This document shows, piece by piece, positions 11,150 to 24,749 of a stretch of 64,000 bases of DNA. The stretch comes from Mobula birostris (Eukaryota), in assembly GCF_030028105.1 (NCBI RefSeq), contig NC_092379.1, positions 63,252,008-63,316,007 of the forward strand, in the 5' to 3' direction. The translations under genes and the position numbers were made by a program. The first letter of the stretch is position 1, and each line of letters opens with the position of its first letter. The notes beneath the pieces are model-generated. The model searched no databases and was not told the origin of the DNA. It saw nothing but the letters and a program-made list of their open reading frames with translations.

Positions 11150-14100
11150 GGAGCGAGATCTGGGATAGTTGGAACATTCTGCACACCGTATATCGCTAGG
11201 AGTTATTGGATTGTGCACAACCAGAGCAAAATTTGAAAAAAAGGCAAGCGGGGTCAGTCAGAACATTCTGCTCACCACAGATTACAGGGCAATTAAACAC
11301 TTGGCAAGAGCCCATAAGAAGTATTAGGTTTAAGCAAAGCGACCATTACGGGGGTGTCCAATGTGTGAGTGGGCCAGCGCTAGAGTGGAGAATTTGAAAT
11401 TTTGGCTCAGAGAAGCTTCGGTGAGCAGAGCTGGTGGCTGTAGGTAGATTTCAGGTAACTTTCTTTCTTTCTTATTGCACAGTTAGAGCAGTGGGAATGC
11501 CAGACAGGATAGCAGAATGCACCTCTTGTAAGAAGGCATGGTGACCTCCAGTGTCCCCTGACCACCACACCTGCAAGAAATGCATTCATCTGCAGCTTTG
11601 TATGGACCACGTTAGGGAATTGGATTTGAAGCTAGATGAACTCTGGATAATTTAGGAGGCTGAAGAGTTGATAGGCAATGCAAGAAAGTAATTACACTTA
11701 GGGTGCAGGACATAGGTAACTGAGTGACCATCAGGAGTTGGAAGGGTTTAGACAGTCAGTGCAGAGCACAACTGTGGCCATTCCACTCAATAACAGGTAT
11801 ACCACTTTGGATGCAGTTGGAGGGGATCTCCTAGCAGAGGAGAGCAACAGCATTTGGGTCTCTGGCACTGGATCTGTGGCTCAGAAGGGAATTGGGGAGA
11901 AGAGGTGAGTTGTAGTGATAGGAGATTCATTGGTTAGGGGAATAGACAGGAGGTTTTGCAGATGAGAACAAGATTTCCAGATGGGATGTTGCTTCCTAAG
12001 TGTCATGGACAGGAACATCTTGTATTAAATCTGTAGCATTTGTAAGTGGGAGGATGAGCAGTCAGAAGTTGTGGCCCATGTTGGTACCAATAACATAGGT
12101 AGGAAGGGCGACGAGGTCCTGTAAAATGAGTTCAAAGAGTTAGGTGCTAAGATAAACAGCAGGAGTGCTAGGGTTGTGATCTCCGGATTGCTACCCATGC
12201 CAGAAGGTAGTGAGGCCAGGAATAGTAAGATAATGCAGTTAACACATGGCTAGGAAGATGCTGCAGGAGGGGGAGCTTCAGATTTTTAGATCATTAAGCT
12301 CTTTTCCAGGGAAGGTAGGACCTACATAGATATGACTGTATGGACCTGAACTGAAGGGGGACTAATATCCCTGTGGGAAGGTTTGCTCATGCTGCATGGG
12401 GTGGGGGGGGGGGAGGAGGAGGTTTTAAACTAGAGTTGTAGGAGGATGGGAACCTGAGTGCCAGGGCAGATACTGGAGTGGTTGTGGGAAAAGACGTTAA
12501 GCCTACATACAAAGACAGAAGTTGAAAAGTTGAGCATGGTGGGAATAATGCTCTGAGTTATACATGAGCTTATTCCGTCAGTAATGATTTTGTAGCCATT
12601 ACTAAGACTTGGTTTGCAAGAGGGGCAGGATTGGCAGTTCAGTATTCTGGGTTTGCGTTGTTTTAGACGTGATAGAGCAGGTGGGATTAAGGAAGGAGGG
12701 GTAGCATTACTAGTCAGGGAATATGTCACAGCAATGCTCTTTTAGGACAGACTGGAGAGCTCGTCAACTGAAGCCATATGGGTGGAAATGAGGAATAAGA
12801 GAGGGATGGCCTCATTGATTAGATTATATTGTAGAATGCTCAATAGCCCATGGGATTTAGAGAAGCAAATTTGTAGAAAGATCACAGACAGTTGCAGAAA
12901 ACATACGGCAATGATAGTAGTTGATTTCATCTTTCCACATATTGATTGGGACCCCGATACTGGAAAAGGGCTGGTTTGGATAGAGCTTGTCAAATGTGTT
13001 CAGGAAAGTTTCCTTAATCAATATTTAGAATTCCCAACTACAGAGGTAGGGCAGATGACAGAAGTGTCTGTATGAGAACACTTTAGATCTAATGATCATA
13101 ATGCCATTGATTTCAAGATAATTATGGAGATCGATCGGTTCTGTTCTCAGTTAAGATTCTAAATTGGAGAAAGGCCAATTTAGGTGGTATCTGAAAAGAT
13201 CTGGCAGGTGTGGATTGGGGCAAAGGTGTGCCAGAAAACATGGTTAGGGAACCTTGATTTTTGAGAGATATTGAGGACCTGGTTAAGAAAAAGAAGGAGG
13301 CGCATAGAAGGTGCAGGCAGCAAGGAACAAATGAGGTGCTTGAGGAGCATAAGAAATGGAAGAGAGCACATGAGGAAAATCAGGAAGGCTGAAAGAGTCA
13401 CGAGGTTGTTCTGGCAGGGTAAAGCAGAATCCAACGAACATCTACAGATATACCAAAAGCAAAAGTATAGTAAGGGACAAATTTGTCGTCTGAAAGCTCA
13501 GAGTGGACATCTATGCAAAGCCAAAAGAGATGGGGGAGATCTTAAATTGATTTCTTGAATTAGATCTGTTTTTACTCAGGAGATGAACACAGAGTCTAGA
13601 GAACTGAGGCAAAACAACTTGGTCATAGACCATATGCAGGTTAGAGAAGAAGAGGTGCTTGCTGTCTTGAGGCAAACTAGAGTGGATAAATCCCCAGGGC
13701 CTGACAAGGTGTTCCTTTGGGTCTTGTTGGATGTTGATGCAGAAATTGCAGGGTCTCTAGCAGACATATATAAAACTTAGCCATGGGTGAGGTGCCAGAG
13801 GATTGTAGGATAGCTAATATTGTTTTGTTGTTCAAGAAAGGTGCTAAGAATAAGTGAGGAAATTATAGGCCAGTGAGCCTGATGTCAGTAGTAAGTAAAT
13901 TATTGGAAAATATTCTCAGAGACTAGATATATAAATATTTGGATAGACAGGGCCTAGAGATAATGAATATGGCTTTGTGCATGGCAGGTCATGTCTAACC
14001 AATTTTACAGAGTTTTTCGAGGAGGTTATCAGAAAAGTTGATATAGGAAAAGCAGTAATGTTGTTTACATAGACTTTAGCAAGGCCTTTGACAATGTCCC

Positions 14101-15085
14101 ACATGGCAGGTTTGTCAAGAATGTTCAGACGCTTGGCAATCAGGATGAGAAAGTACATTGGATTATACATTGGCTTCACGAAGCCAGAGAGTGGTAGTAG
14201 ATTGTTGCCTCTCTGATGAGAGACTTGTGTAATGGTGTTAAGGAGGGATTGGTGTTGGGTCTATATTGCTCCGTCTATATCAACAACCTGGATGGTAATG
14301 CGGTAAATTGGATTTGTAAATTTGCAGATGACACCAAGATCGGGGTGTAGTGGACAGTGAGGAAGACAATCCAGCTCACGGTGGGATCTAGACCAGCCGT
14401 AAAATGAACAAAATTATATATGAATTTTATTGCAGGCAAATGTGGGGCGTTACACTTTGGGAGGGCAAACCAGGGTAGGACTTACATGATGAACGGTTGG
14501 GCACTCAGGTGTGTGATAGAACAGATGGATCTGGGAATACTGATCCACAATTCCTTGAAAGTGGCATCACAGGTAGATAGGGTCATAAAGAAAGCTTTTG
14601 GCACATTGATCTTCATAAATTAAAGTAGTGAGTACAGGAGGTAGGATGTTATGTTGAAGTTATATAAGATGTTGGTGAGGCCTAATTTGGAGTACTGTGT
14701 GCAGTTCTGGTCACCCACCAACAGGAAAGATGTAAATAAGATTGAAAGAGTACAGAGAAAGTTTACAAGGACTTGAGGACATGAGTTATAGGGAAAGATT
14801 AAATAGGTTAGAACTTTGTTCCTTGGGGCATATAAAATAAGGGGTGATTTGATAGAGTTATACAGAATTGTGATGGGTATAGACTGGGTAAATGCAAGCA
14901 GACTTTTTCCACTGATGTTGGGTAAGGCTAGAACTAAAGGTTAATGGTTAAGAGTGAAAGGTGAAATCTTTGAGGAAAATATGAGGGGGAAACGTTGTCA
15001 CTCAGAGGGTGGTGAGACTGTGAAACGAGCTGCCAGCAGAGGTAGTAGATGTAAGTTTGATTTTAGCATTTAAGAGAAATTTTTG
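11150..15085 (+). mobile_element. Near full-length decayed CR1 LINE (ORF1 zinc finger plus SGNH esterase; ORF2 APE endonuclease plus RT)
   Basis: ORF1 ATG at about 11497 with CxxC..CxxC, VIGDSLVRG and HVGTNNI. ORF2 has DKSPGPD, DFSKAFD and KFADDTK. Many stops and frameshifts. Confidence 0.9.
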
Positions 15086-15964
15086 TTTTAATTTTATCTT
15101 CATCTTTCTTTTACATCAGATATATGATATCTCAAACGAGTACACAGAAATGCTGGATGTTTTCAACATTGTATTATAGTATTATTAATGAGAAAAGAAT
15201 TTTGCATTTATTCTTCCTTCCTTGATGTGCCTCACTGCTACTGCATGCCTCTTTATGATGACTGTTCCCAAAAGGTGATCATATTGTGTGAGAAATGAAT
15301 GATATTAATCTGTTATACAGTTTTTTTATATTGTCTTCACAAGTTCTGCCTCACCTGCTGAGTAGTTATACTATTTACTATTCTCATTATGGAAGCCTGC
15401 ACAGTTTGTTGGAGGCCCCACGTGTGCTGTGAGGGAACACACTTCATCTTGTGTGTACTGCATTTGCCACATTATCTGATACTACCTGCTTAAGGTTGAG
15501 GCTGCATTATGCTCCATTTTGCATAATGTCCAAAGCCATGGACAGGCTTTTTCAATATTCCTTGTTTCTCTTGGATGAGATTCAGAGGTTCAGAAGAACA
15601 CTGATCAAGTTAAAAAATTAGTAAATGAAGGGACTACTCATTAATTTAGATCTGGTACATTTATTCTTGAACTTAGTGACTAAATTTGTAGGTTAGCATA
15701 ACACGAATCATAAAAATAGTTTCTTAGAGGAACTATATACAGATAATAAGGGTAATTAAAACATCTATTAACCAATGCCTTTTGCTTTTTCCTGAGCAGT
15801 TTTTTCCAATTGAGGGTAAAAACAGTTGCAAGAAAGGGAAATACCAGTGTCTTGACATCCACATGTTTTTACAGATTTGTCAATGTGTACTGCATTTCTT
15901 GGATCCAGCTGTGATACCCTGATAATGTTATTCAGTGTAGGAAATGGGAAATTGTTGCACTTGT

Positions 15965-16506
15965 ATAACCTGGTATGAAAAACACCAATGACCATGAATA
16001 GAAAATCGTACAAAAGGTAGTGGTTATGGCCCAGTCCATCATGGATAAAGCTCACCCCACCATTGAGCGCATCTACATGAATCGCTATTGTAGGAAAGCA
16101 GCATCCACCATCAGGGACCCCACCACCCAGGCCATGCTCTGTTCTCACTGCTACCATCAGGAAGAAGTTATTACCCCTCATCCATCAGGCTCTTGAACCA
16201 TTAACTTCACTCGCCCCATCACTGAACTGTTCCCACAACCTATGGACTCACTTGCAAGGACTTTTCATTTCATATTTTTGATATTTATTGATTGTATATT
16301 TATTTGTTTGTTTGTTTATTTATCTTTTGTACTTGCAATTTGTTGCCTTTAACACATTGACCGTTTGTCCATCCTTTTGGGTGCGGTCTTTCATTGATTC
16401 TATTATGTTTCTTGGATTTACTGTGTCTGCCCACAAGAAAATTAATCTCAGGATTGGATCGGTGCCATATATGCACTATGATAATAAAGTTACTTTGAAC
16501 TTTGAA
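15965..16506 (+). mobile_element. Rex1/Babar LINE 3' fragment
   Basis: Near-copy of 4568-5150 (KAASTIRDPTTQ region) with (TTTGAAC)n tail. Confidence 0.8.
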
Positions 16507-17059
16507 CCAGTGAGCACTTGATGATAACCAATCCTGAAAACACAATTAGTTCCATTATTGAATGCTAAAAAGGTTAAGATTTCTGTTAGGAGATGCTGAA
16601 AAGGTTAAAGGTTTCATTCCCTGTATGATCCACTCTCAAATTGATGAGTGCATAAAATCATGAAAAAGCTTAGGAACTGTAAATTAAAAATTGATTCAGC
16701 AAGGTGCTTAATTGTTAAATTAGCTCAGTTTCTTTTAAAGCCATGAATTTACTTAATTATCAAAATGTCACTCATTTAATTATAAATCTCCACCAATAAC
16801 AATTATTTTACAAAATTAATTAATTCCTAAAAATACATGTATGCTTGAATTCCACCTCCTAGCCCATGTTTTCCACGTAGTAATGATTACAATTCTGCCT
16901 CAGGTTCTTTTTATGGTAGTTAACCATTCCAAACAGATTTCCTCTACTTGTTGTGTATCTATATGAGATTATAGGTTATATTCTCAGATACATACGGAAA
17001 CATCTTGTACACTTCAGATATGATGGTCAACAATAAATTAATCATATACCGAATTGTTT

Positions 17060-19650
17060 CAAAATAGAATTGTTTTCTGGCAAAGGGATGGTTGGAAAGT
17101 GGAGGCCTTCAAAAGTGAGATTTTGAGAGTACAGAGTTTGCATATTCCTTTCAGAATAGAAGGCAAAGATAACAGGTTTAGGTAACCTTGGTTTAATGAG
17201 ATATTGTGACCCTAGATAAGAATAAGAAGGAGGTGCATAGAAGACATAGGCAGCAAGAACAAATGAGATACTTGAGGAGCATACGAAACGCAAGAGAACA
17301 TAAAATGGAAATCAGGAATGCTGAGGAAAGTATGAGTTTGTTCTGACAGACAAGGTGAAGGAGAATCCCAAGGACTTCTACAGATATATTAAAAGCAAAA
17401 GGATAGCAAGGAACAAAATTGGTCCTTTTGGAGATCAGTGTGATCATCAATGCATTGAGCTGAAAAAGATGAGGGAGATCTTACATAAATGATTTTTGTT
17501 TTGCATCTGTATTTGCTTGGGAGATGAACACAGAGTCTATTGAACTGAGGCAAAACAGATTGTTCATGGACTATATTCAGATTACAGAGGAGGAAGTAGT
17601 TGCTGTCTTGCGGCAAATTAGCACGGATAATCCCCAGAGCATGACAAGGTGTTCCCTCAGGCCTTTTGGGAGGCGAATGCCGAAACTGCAGGCTCTCAAG
17701 CAAATAGTATTTAAAACTTAACCATGGCTGAGGTGCTGAAGGATTGAAGGATAGCTAATGTTATTCCGTTGTTCAAGAAAGGCCCTAAGAATAAATCAGG
17801 AAATTATAGGTTAGTGAGTCTGATGTCAGTAATGGGTAAATCATTTGAAGATATTCTAAGGGACCAGATATATAAATATTTGGATAGACAGGGTCTAGAG
17901 ATAGTGAACATGACTTTGTGCATGGTAGGTCATTTCTAACCAATCTTACAGAGTTTAATATCACTGGCATATGTTGTGAAATATGTTGTTTTGTGACAGC
18001 TGTACATTGTAATACATAATAATAAAAACTATAAATTGCAATAAGCATAGATTAAAAAGAGAGGGAAAATGCTGAGATAGTGTTCCTGGGTTTATTGCCC
18101 ATTCAGAAATATGATAGCAGAAGGAAGAAGATGTTCCTGAAATGTTGAGTGTATGCCTTCAGGCCTCTGTACCTCATCCTTGATGGTAGCAATAAGAAGA
18201 AGGCATGTACTGGGTGATGAATGCCTTAGGGTCCTTAATGATGAATGCCACCTTTCAGATGCATTGCCTTTTGAAGGTGTTCTGGATGCTGAGGAGGCTA
18301 GTGCCCACGATGGAGCTGGCAGAGTTTAAAACTTTTAGCAGCCAGGAAAGTTGATGAAGGAAAGGCAGTAATGTTGTCTACATGGACTTTAGCAAGGCCT
18401 TTGACAAAGTCCTGCATGAAAGACTCGCTTAGAAAGTTCAGTTGCTTGGCATTCAGGATGTGGTAGTAAATTGGATTCAACATTGGCTTTGTGGGAGAAG
18501 CCAGGAAGTGGTAGTAGATGGTTACCTCTCTAACTGGAGGCCTGTGACTAGTGGTGTGCCACAGCACTCAGTGCTGGGTCCATTGTTTGTTAACTATGTC
18601 AATGATCCGGATGATAATGTGGTGAACTGAATCAACAAATTTGCAGATGACACCAAGCTTGGGGACATAGTGGACAGCAAGGAAGGCTATCAAAGCTTGC
18701 ACTAATACTACTACGTCGACTCAGGCCTAGGGGCATGATGACGGACTCTCCACTTCTCCCTCTCCCTCATCAGTGTGTTCAGTTCATCTACATTAGCTGC
18801 GCCGCTGTCTTCTAGGAACTTGCAGCAGGATCTCAACCTGCTGGAGCTGGCCTGAAGAGTGGCAGATGGATTTTAATGTGGACAAGTGTGAGGTGTTACA
18901 CTTTGAGAGGGCAAACCAGGGTAGGACTTACATGAGGAATGGTTGGGCACTCAGGTGTGTGATAGAACAGAGGGATCTGGGAAGACTGATCCATAATTCC
19001 TTGAAAGTGGCATCACAGGTAGAAAAGGTCATAAAGAAAGCTTTTGGCACATTTACCTCCATAAATTAATGTAGTGAGTACAGGAGTAAGGATATTACGT
19101 TAAAGTTGTATAAGACATTGGTGAGGCCTAATTTAGAGAATTACCTGCAGGAAAAATAGCAATAGGATTGAAAGAGTACAGTATAGAGAAAATTTATATG
19201 GATGTTGCTGGGACTTGAGGACCTGAGTGACAAGAAATGATTAAATAGGTTAAGATTTTATTCCCTGGAATGTGTGAGAATGAGGGGATATTTGATAGAG
19301 GTACATAAAATTAGAAGGTACAAATAGGATAAATGCAAGCAGGCTTTTCCCACTGAATTTGTGTGCGACCAGAACTAGAGGTTATAGGTTAAGGTTAAAA
19401 AGTGAAGGGTACCTGAGGGAGAACTTCTTGGCTCTGTGGTGAGAGTGTGGAATGAGCTGTCAGCAGAAGTGGTAGATGTAGGTTCGATTTCAACATCTAA
19501 GAGAAGTTTGAAAAAGTACATGGATGGGAGGTTTATGGAGGGCAATGGTCCAGGTGCTCATTGATAGGACTAGGCAGAATGACAGTTTGGCATGGACTAA
19601 ATAGGTCAAAGGGCCTGTTTCTGAGCTGTCGTGACTCTATGACTTTAAAT
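17060..19650 (+). mobile_element. CR1 ORF2 to 3' end, same family as 11150-15085, interrupted by a Rex 3' fragment (about 17955-18340, -) and an RTE tail
   Basis: NWRPVTSGVPQHSVLGPLF, KFADDTK, QRDLG motifs and a (GACTCTAT)n tail. Confidence 0.85.
18702..18818 (-). mobile_element. RTE-type 3' end insertion (117 bp) with 6-bp TSD
   Basis: CTTGCA at 18696-18701 and 18819-18824. Minus strand encodes LEDSGAANVDELNTLMREREKWRVRHH, followed by a (GTA)n tail. Confidence 0.75.
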
Positions 19651-20170
19651 GTTCCTTTAATGATAGTGATTATATGTGGTGATTCAGTAGAAAAGCCTAT
19701 AGCCTCAACATTATGACTAATACGTTCAGAACATTTAGTGCATATTAGCTTTTCACATAGTTTACTGTTATGGAAACCTAAAAAAACTGAGAGAAGACTT
19801 TTAGTTTTTCTGATGCATTTTCTTATTACACATGTGTTGCTTACAATGAAACAGATGCTATTTTCATGAAGAGGAGAGTGTTCAACCATGTCCACTATGT
19901 TATTGCCAAGGTGATAATATCTTTATTGCAAGTTCTTGCCCAGGTTCGTTACTAATTAGACAAATCATTCCTTTGGTTTAGTAGAAACTCCTTTAAAGTT
20001 AAGTCTCAGTTATTTCTGTTTTCTCTATTTTTTCTATAGGTTGGAGAAAATGGCTCAGGTGAAAGCAAATAGTGATGGTAATTGGGAGATTTTGTGACCT
20101 AAGAGCTCTATGCAACATGGTTCTGCCGGACTCATTAGTGTGTGTTCACTTCTGTGGCGTATTTTAATGA

Positions 20171-20935
20171 TGTTACGACTTCATAACGTACCAGCAGCAA
20201 GAGATGACAAAATGAGTCGGGTATAATATTAAAACCACTATATTTATTTACATCTACTCAAAAATATAGAAAATTAAATAAAGTGCTTTCTTAAACAGAA
20301 GTTAATGGTGTTATGTGTCTATAGCTCCCTTACAGTCAAACTTAGAACCTGTTCTTAACAAATCCTACTCAGGCACAGTATTAAAGTGGCAGTTCGGAGA
20401 GTCCCAGTAATTCATGAAATAGGTGAGAGGAGAAACTTGTGGATTCACAGTGCAGCAACGAGGTGATAACAACAAATTCCAAAGATTCTACGGCTAGCGA
20501 ATGAAGAAACGGTTACCAAAGATCCCAGCCGAGGAATACTGTTCCGAAGTCCATGAAGAGTGATTTCACAAAGTGACTGTCATGAAGTCCACACTCATGG
20601 ATCATACGAAGGACGGACACTTCTCCACAATGCACAGTGTGCCGCTGATTAACCCAATCCTTTGGGTTTGGGTAAGCATTAGACTTTACCCTCTTTGATC
20701 GTGAGCTGTTCCCGGATAGCTCGAAGCCTGCAATCTTCACTCTCTCTCTCTCTTTCCTTTGACTTCATTCTCAACAAAATGTCCACATTTCTTTTATACT
20801 GTCAGCATACGTCATCAGGTAACGCTCATAGAGATGAAACTGTGGACTCTCAGTAAAACTAATCTGGGGACGCGTGACACCCACAGTAAACAAAACTACG
20901 GACTCCTAGGAAAATGAAACTGTGGACACGTAACT
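20171..20935 (-). repeat. 3' LTR of Gmr1-like element (765 bp)
   Basis: Direct repeat of 27146-27900. Termini TGTTAC...GTAACT (terminal A>T). Purine tract adjacent on the minus strand. Confidence 0.95.
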
Positions 20936-21267
20936 CCTTCCCCAAGAAGAGAAAATTTTGATCTGCAAGAGCAAAATTTTAACTACGATCTGCAATATGT
21001 GGAAGAATACAAATATGGTTATCATACAGCATACTACAAACTAATACAACATATTGCAGGAGCATATACAAATATTAAATTCCACTCCATTATTTAAATT
21101 ACATTGCAAGTTTAACATCTGGAAGGACAATCGGCAATTACATTATCCTTGCCTTTAATGTGAGTTATCATGAGATCATACTCTTGCAAAATCAAACTCC
21201 AATTCAGCAACCTTCTATTTTTGTTTTTCAGCTTACTCAAGAACACCAATGGATTATGATCTGTATA

Positions 21268-21937
21268 CAGGTTTCCCCCGCCATCCGAAGGTAGAGCATT
21301 CCTATGAAATGGTTCGTAAGCCAGAATGTCATAAAGTGAAGAAGCAATTACTACTTATTTATATGGGAAAAATCTTTGAGCGTTCACAGACGCAAAAAAT
21401 AACACAATCAGCAATCTGATCTGGGCTGACGTTTACGTGCTGGGCGGCACCTAATTAATTAGCTTGCTTATTTCGGCTTTTTTCTTAAAGATGTGCTGGG
21501 TGCATCCCGGCTACCGCTGCATTCTCCGCGGCAATGTATCAGTCCGTGGCCCGGGGGTTGGGGTGGTGGGACACTGGGGTGTCATCTCATCGTCGTCTGT
21601 TTCCATCACGGCAGGCAGGTCATTTTCTTTTATCTCAAAACGCTTAATTATGAATAGTTTTACACTAAGTGTAACACCCTTACGAGCTCTTTTAGGCTTT
21701 TCCAATACTGTAGAACTCATCTTGCTAACGGCTGCTCACAGGCACGTGTTAAGCAATGCCGGCTTGAATGCAGTTCCAGGGTAGGAGCGGTTGCTCAGGG
21801 TGCGTGCTGCCTTTTTTCACACGCTGCCTTTTTTCGTAACCGTGAAAACACCTATTAGCAAAAACAGGTTACTAATGTAGGTCTTCCATAACAGTGAGGT
21901 TTTGTGAAGTGAACATTCGAAAAGTGGGGGACACCTG
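21268..21937 (-). mobile_element. Tigger/pogo (Tc1-mariner) non-autonomous deletion derivative nested in Gmr1 RNase H
   Basis: TIRs CAGGTTTCCCCCG and TGGGGGACACCTG. TA duplicated at 21266-7 and 21938-9. Removal restores LVVYTDHNPL. HTH remnant KRARKGVTLSVKL. Confidence 0.9.
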
Positions 21938-22320
21938 TAAACCACAAGTGGTTTCTGAGCTGTGCAAACATACATATCAAAACGCTGCAAAGCCAAAATA
22001 AGTGAAAATAATTCCTTCTATATGGTGGAATAATTTCTTTGATGCTCATTGAATTTCTTTGAAAAGTAAGCTGCAGGATAGTCAACATCATCATAATCAT
22101 CCCTTTGTAGTAATACTGCTCCTGCAGCTTCATCACTGGCATCCACGGCTGTGGAGAATGGCTTGGCAAAATCAGGTAACCTGATCACAGGTTGGTGACA
22201 TAAGATAGCTTTCAATTTATCAAAGGCCTCCTGACAAGGCTCTGTCCAAACAAACTTTTCATCCTTCTTCAGGAAGTTAGTCAATTGGGAGAACAATATC
22301 AGCAAAGTTCTTACAGTCGA

Positions 22321-22985
22321 GAGGAGGATGGTGGCGCGACACAGCGCGCGTGGCCTCTCCGGTGATGAATATCTGTAATCTGTCAAGTAGGATGCCATGC
22401 ACAATTCTGATTTGATGGAGGCAGACGTGAGAGCACTGAGGAACATCTGGTGAAACCTCTGAAATGCTGCTTTGCTGCCAATGCTACTGTGTGATCCGAA
22501 ATCTCCGGAGGGGAAGGACCCGATTCCTTGGCTTTGCCTGTTGCTTGGCAGCTGGGACGGGGTTGAAGTGCTCGGCAGAGATGGTGCTCGGTGCTCAGTG
22601 TCGGAGGGCTGGTCGGAGGCTCAAAGTTTTCGGACGGGCTCAGAGTCGGACTGTGGTCGGGTGCTTCCAGGATGCTGTATCAGCAAGTTTGCGGCGTTGG
22701 AAGCTCATGGCAGGGAGAGTTTCTTCCTTCGACCGTCTGCGTGAGACGTTGGGGCAATCGGGATTTTGAGACTTTTTTTTACCATGCCCATGATCTACAC
22801 TTATCAAATTACAGTATTGCTTTGCACTGTTGTAACTATATGTTATAATTATGTGGGTTTTGTCAGTTTTAGTCTTGGTCTGTCTTGTGTTTCTGTGATA
22901 TCATACTGGAGGGACATTGTATCATTTTTAATGCATGCATTTTCAAATGACAATAAACGGGGACTGAGTGTTCTCATGATCTAAT
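22321..22985 (+). mobile_element. ORF-less CpG-rich non-autonomous retroelement nested in Gmr1 pol
   Basis: Interrupts RRFLG.AGY|..CKNFA. Starts GAGGAGGATGGTGGCG and ends gacaataaac...atctaat. Second partial copy at 1-147. Confidence 0.8.
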
Positions 22986-24653
22986 ATCCGGCCGTTCCCA
23001 GAAATCTTCTAAGAGCCCTTTTCCCTGTTGGAATGGGAACATCAGAAATTGCCTGAACAGGAGCTAACCTGCCTTGACCTACAACATAACCAAGATAGGT
23101 CACAGTGGCATGGCCAAAATCACTCTTAGCTAGGTTAATTGTAAGGTTGATTTTGAGAGCCTTTCAAACAGCTTTTCCACTGCAGAGATATGGGCTTCCC
23201 AGGTGTCATTCCCCATGACTAAATCACCAATATAGGCATCTGTGTGTTCCAAGCCTTGAATTACAGAATTACTCATTCTCTGGAATGTTCCTGAAGCATT
23301 TTTAATTCCAAATGGCAGAACATTGTATTCATTCAACCCAGAAGGCGTCACAAAGGCAGAAAATTCTCTACCTCTATCCGTTAATGGAACACATCAATAT
23401 CATTTTAACAGATCAATCTTTGTAAGAAACTTCGCTTTTCCAACCTTGTCTGCACAATCATCCACTCTAGGGATTGGATAAGCATCGGTTTTTGTTATAA
23501 CATTTACCTTTCCGTAATCAGTGCAGCATCTTGTGCTACCATCTGGTTTAGGTACCATGACACAAGGTGAACTCCAATCCAAAGGAGAAGGTCTAATAAT
23601 ATCACTTTCTAACATATACTCAATTTCTTGTTCAGCAAGTTACATTTTTCAATATTCATACGATATGGATGTTGTTTTATAGGTTTGTTATTACCCACAT
23701 CTACATCATGTAAGGCCACTGCGGTTCTTCTTGGGATATCAGGAAATAAATCCTTAAATTTCATAATTAACTGCTTCATCTGCTGCCACTGCTGTGGCTG
23801 TAAATGAGCCAGTTTCTCATCAATATTTTTCAAAATAGCTGAATTTGTCAATCTGGCTGAAATAATGTTCGGTTTAAAATAGGTCTCAGATGGATCAGCT
23901 AATAAAATTCCAGAGAGCTCACATCCATCTTTGTTTACAGCAACCACCACAGCTGCAGTTTATTTTTCATGATACAGCTTAAGCATACTTAATGACAAAT
24001 CTGCGTTGGCCTTCATCTATCTGGTGTTTTGACTACATGGTCCACATTATTAACTTTAGCCACAATTTCATAGGGACCATGAAACTTAGCTTGTAGAGGG
24101 TTTGTTTGTACAGGAAACAAAACAAGCACTTTATCTCCCAGCTTGAATGACCTCATTCTGGTTTGTTTATCATACCAAGTTTTCATTCTTTCCTGGACTG
24201 ATTTTAAATTTTCCTTTGCTACATTGCAAGCCCTTTGCAATTTGTCCTTAAACTTCAAAACATAATCTAGCAAAATAATATGCAGGTCATTGTTAACCCG
24301 TTGTTCCTTAACAATGCCAAAAGTCCTTGGACCTGGTAAACAAACACAAGTTCAAAGGGACTAAAGCCTAAGGACTCTTGTACTGACTCCCTTACTGCAA
24401 ATGAAAGCAAATGAACTCCCTCATCCCAATCCTTCTCTTTTCAATACAGAATTTCCTAATCATGGATTTGAGGGTAGAATGGAATCTCCCTAAAGCCCCT
24501 TGGGATTCTGAATGATATGCAGATGACGTAATCTGTTTGGCTCCCAGTTTGTAAACTACCTGCTGGAATAATCCTGACATAAAATTACTCCCTTGATCAG
24601 ACTGAATTTCTTTAGGCAAACCAAATAAAGTAAAAAACTTTATGAGAGCCTTC

Positions 24654-24749
24654 CTGATGAAGGATCTCGGCCTGAAACGTCGACTGTACCTCTTCCTAGA
24701 GATGCTATCTGGCCTGCTGCATTCTCCCAGCAACTTTTATGTGTGTTAC
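24654..24749 (+). mobile_element. 96-bp Penelope terminal-repeat insertion in Gmr1 integrase with 10-bp TSD; begins with a hammerhead core
   Basis: GAGAGCCTTC at 24644-24653 and 24750-24759. Insert starts CTGATGAAGGATCTCGGCCTGAAACGTCGACTG and matches the other PLE ends. Confidence 0.9.

Noticed and set aside
20010-20090. Strong polypyrimidine tract plus AG acceptor at 20038-20039 with nearby GT donors
   Set aside because: No recognisable coding sequence or partner exons, and it borders an old CR1 fragment. Needs RNA-seq.
20513-20740. Similar ORFs in both Gmr1 LTRs (also 27488-27673)
   Set aside because: The similarity follows from LTR duplication. Starts differ and there is no domain.
22464-22848. 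Overlapping ORFs in three frames
   Set aside because: By-product of GC-rich non-coding element sequence; no protein motif.
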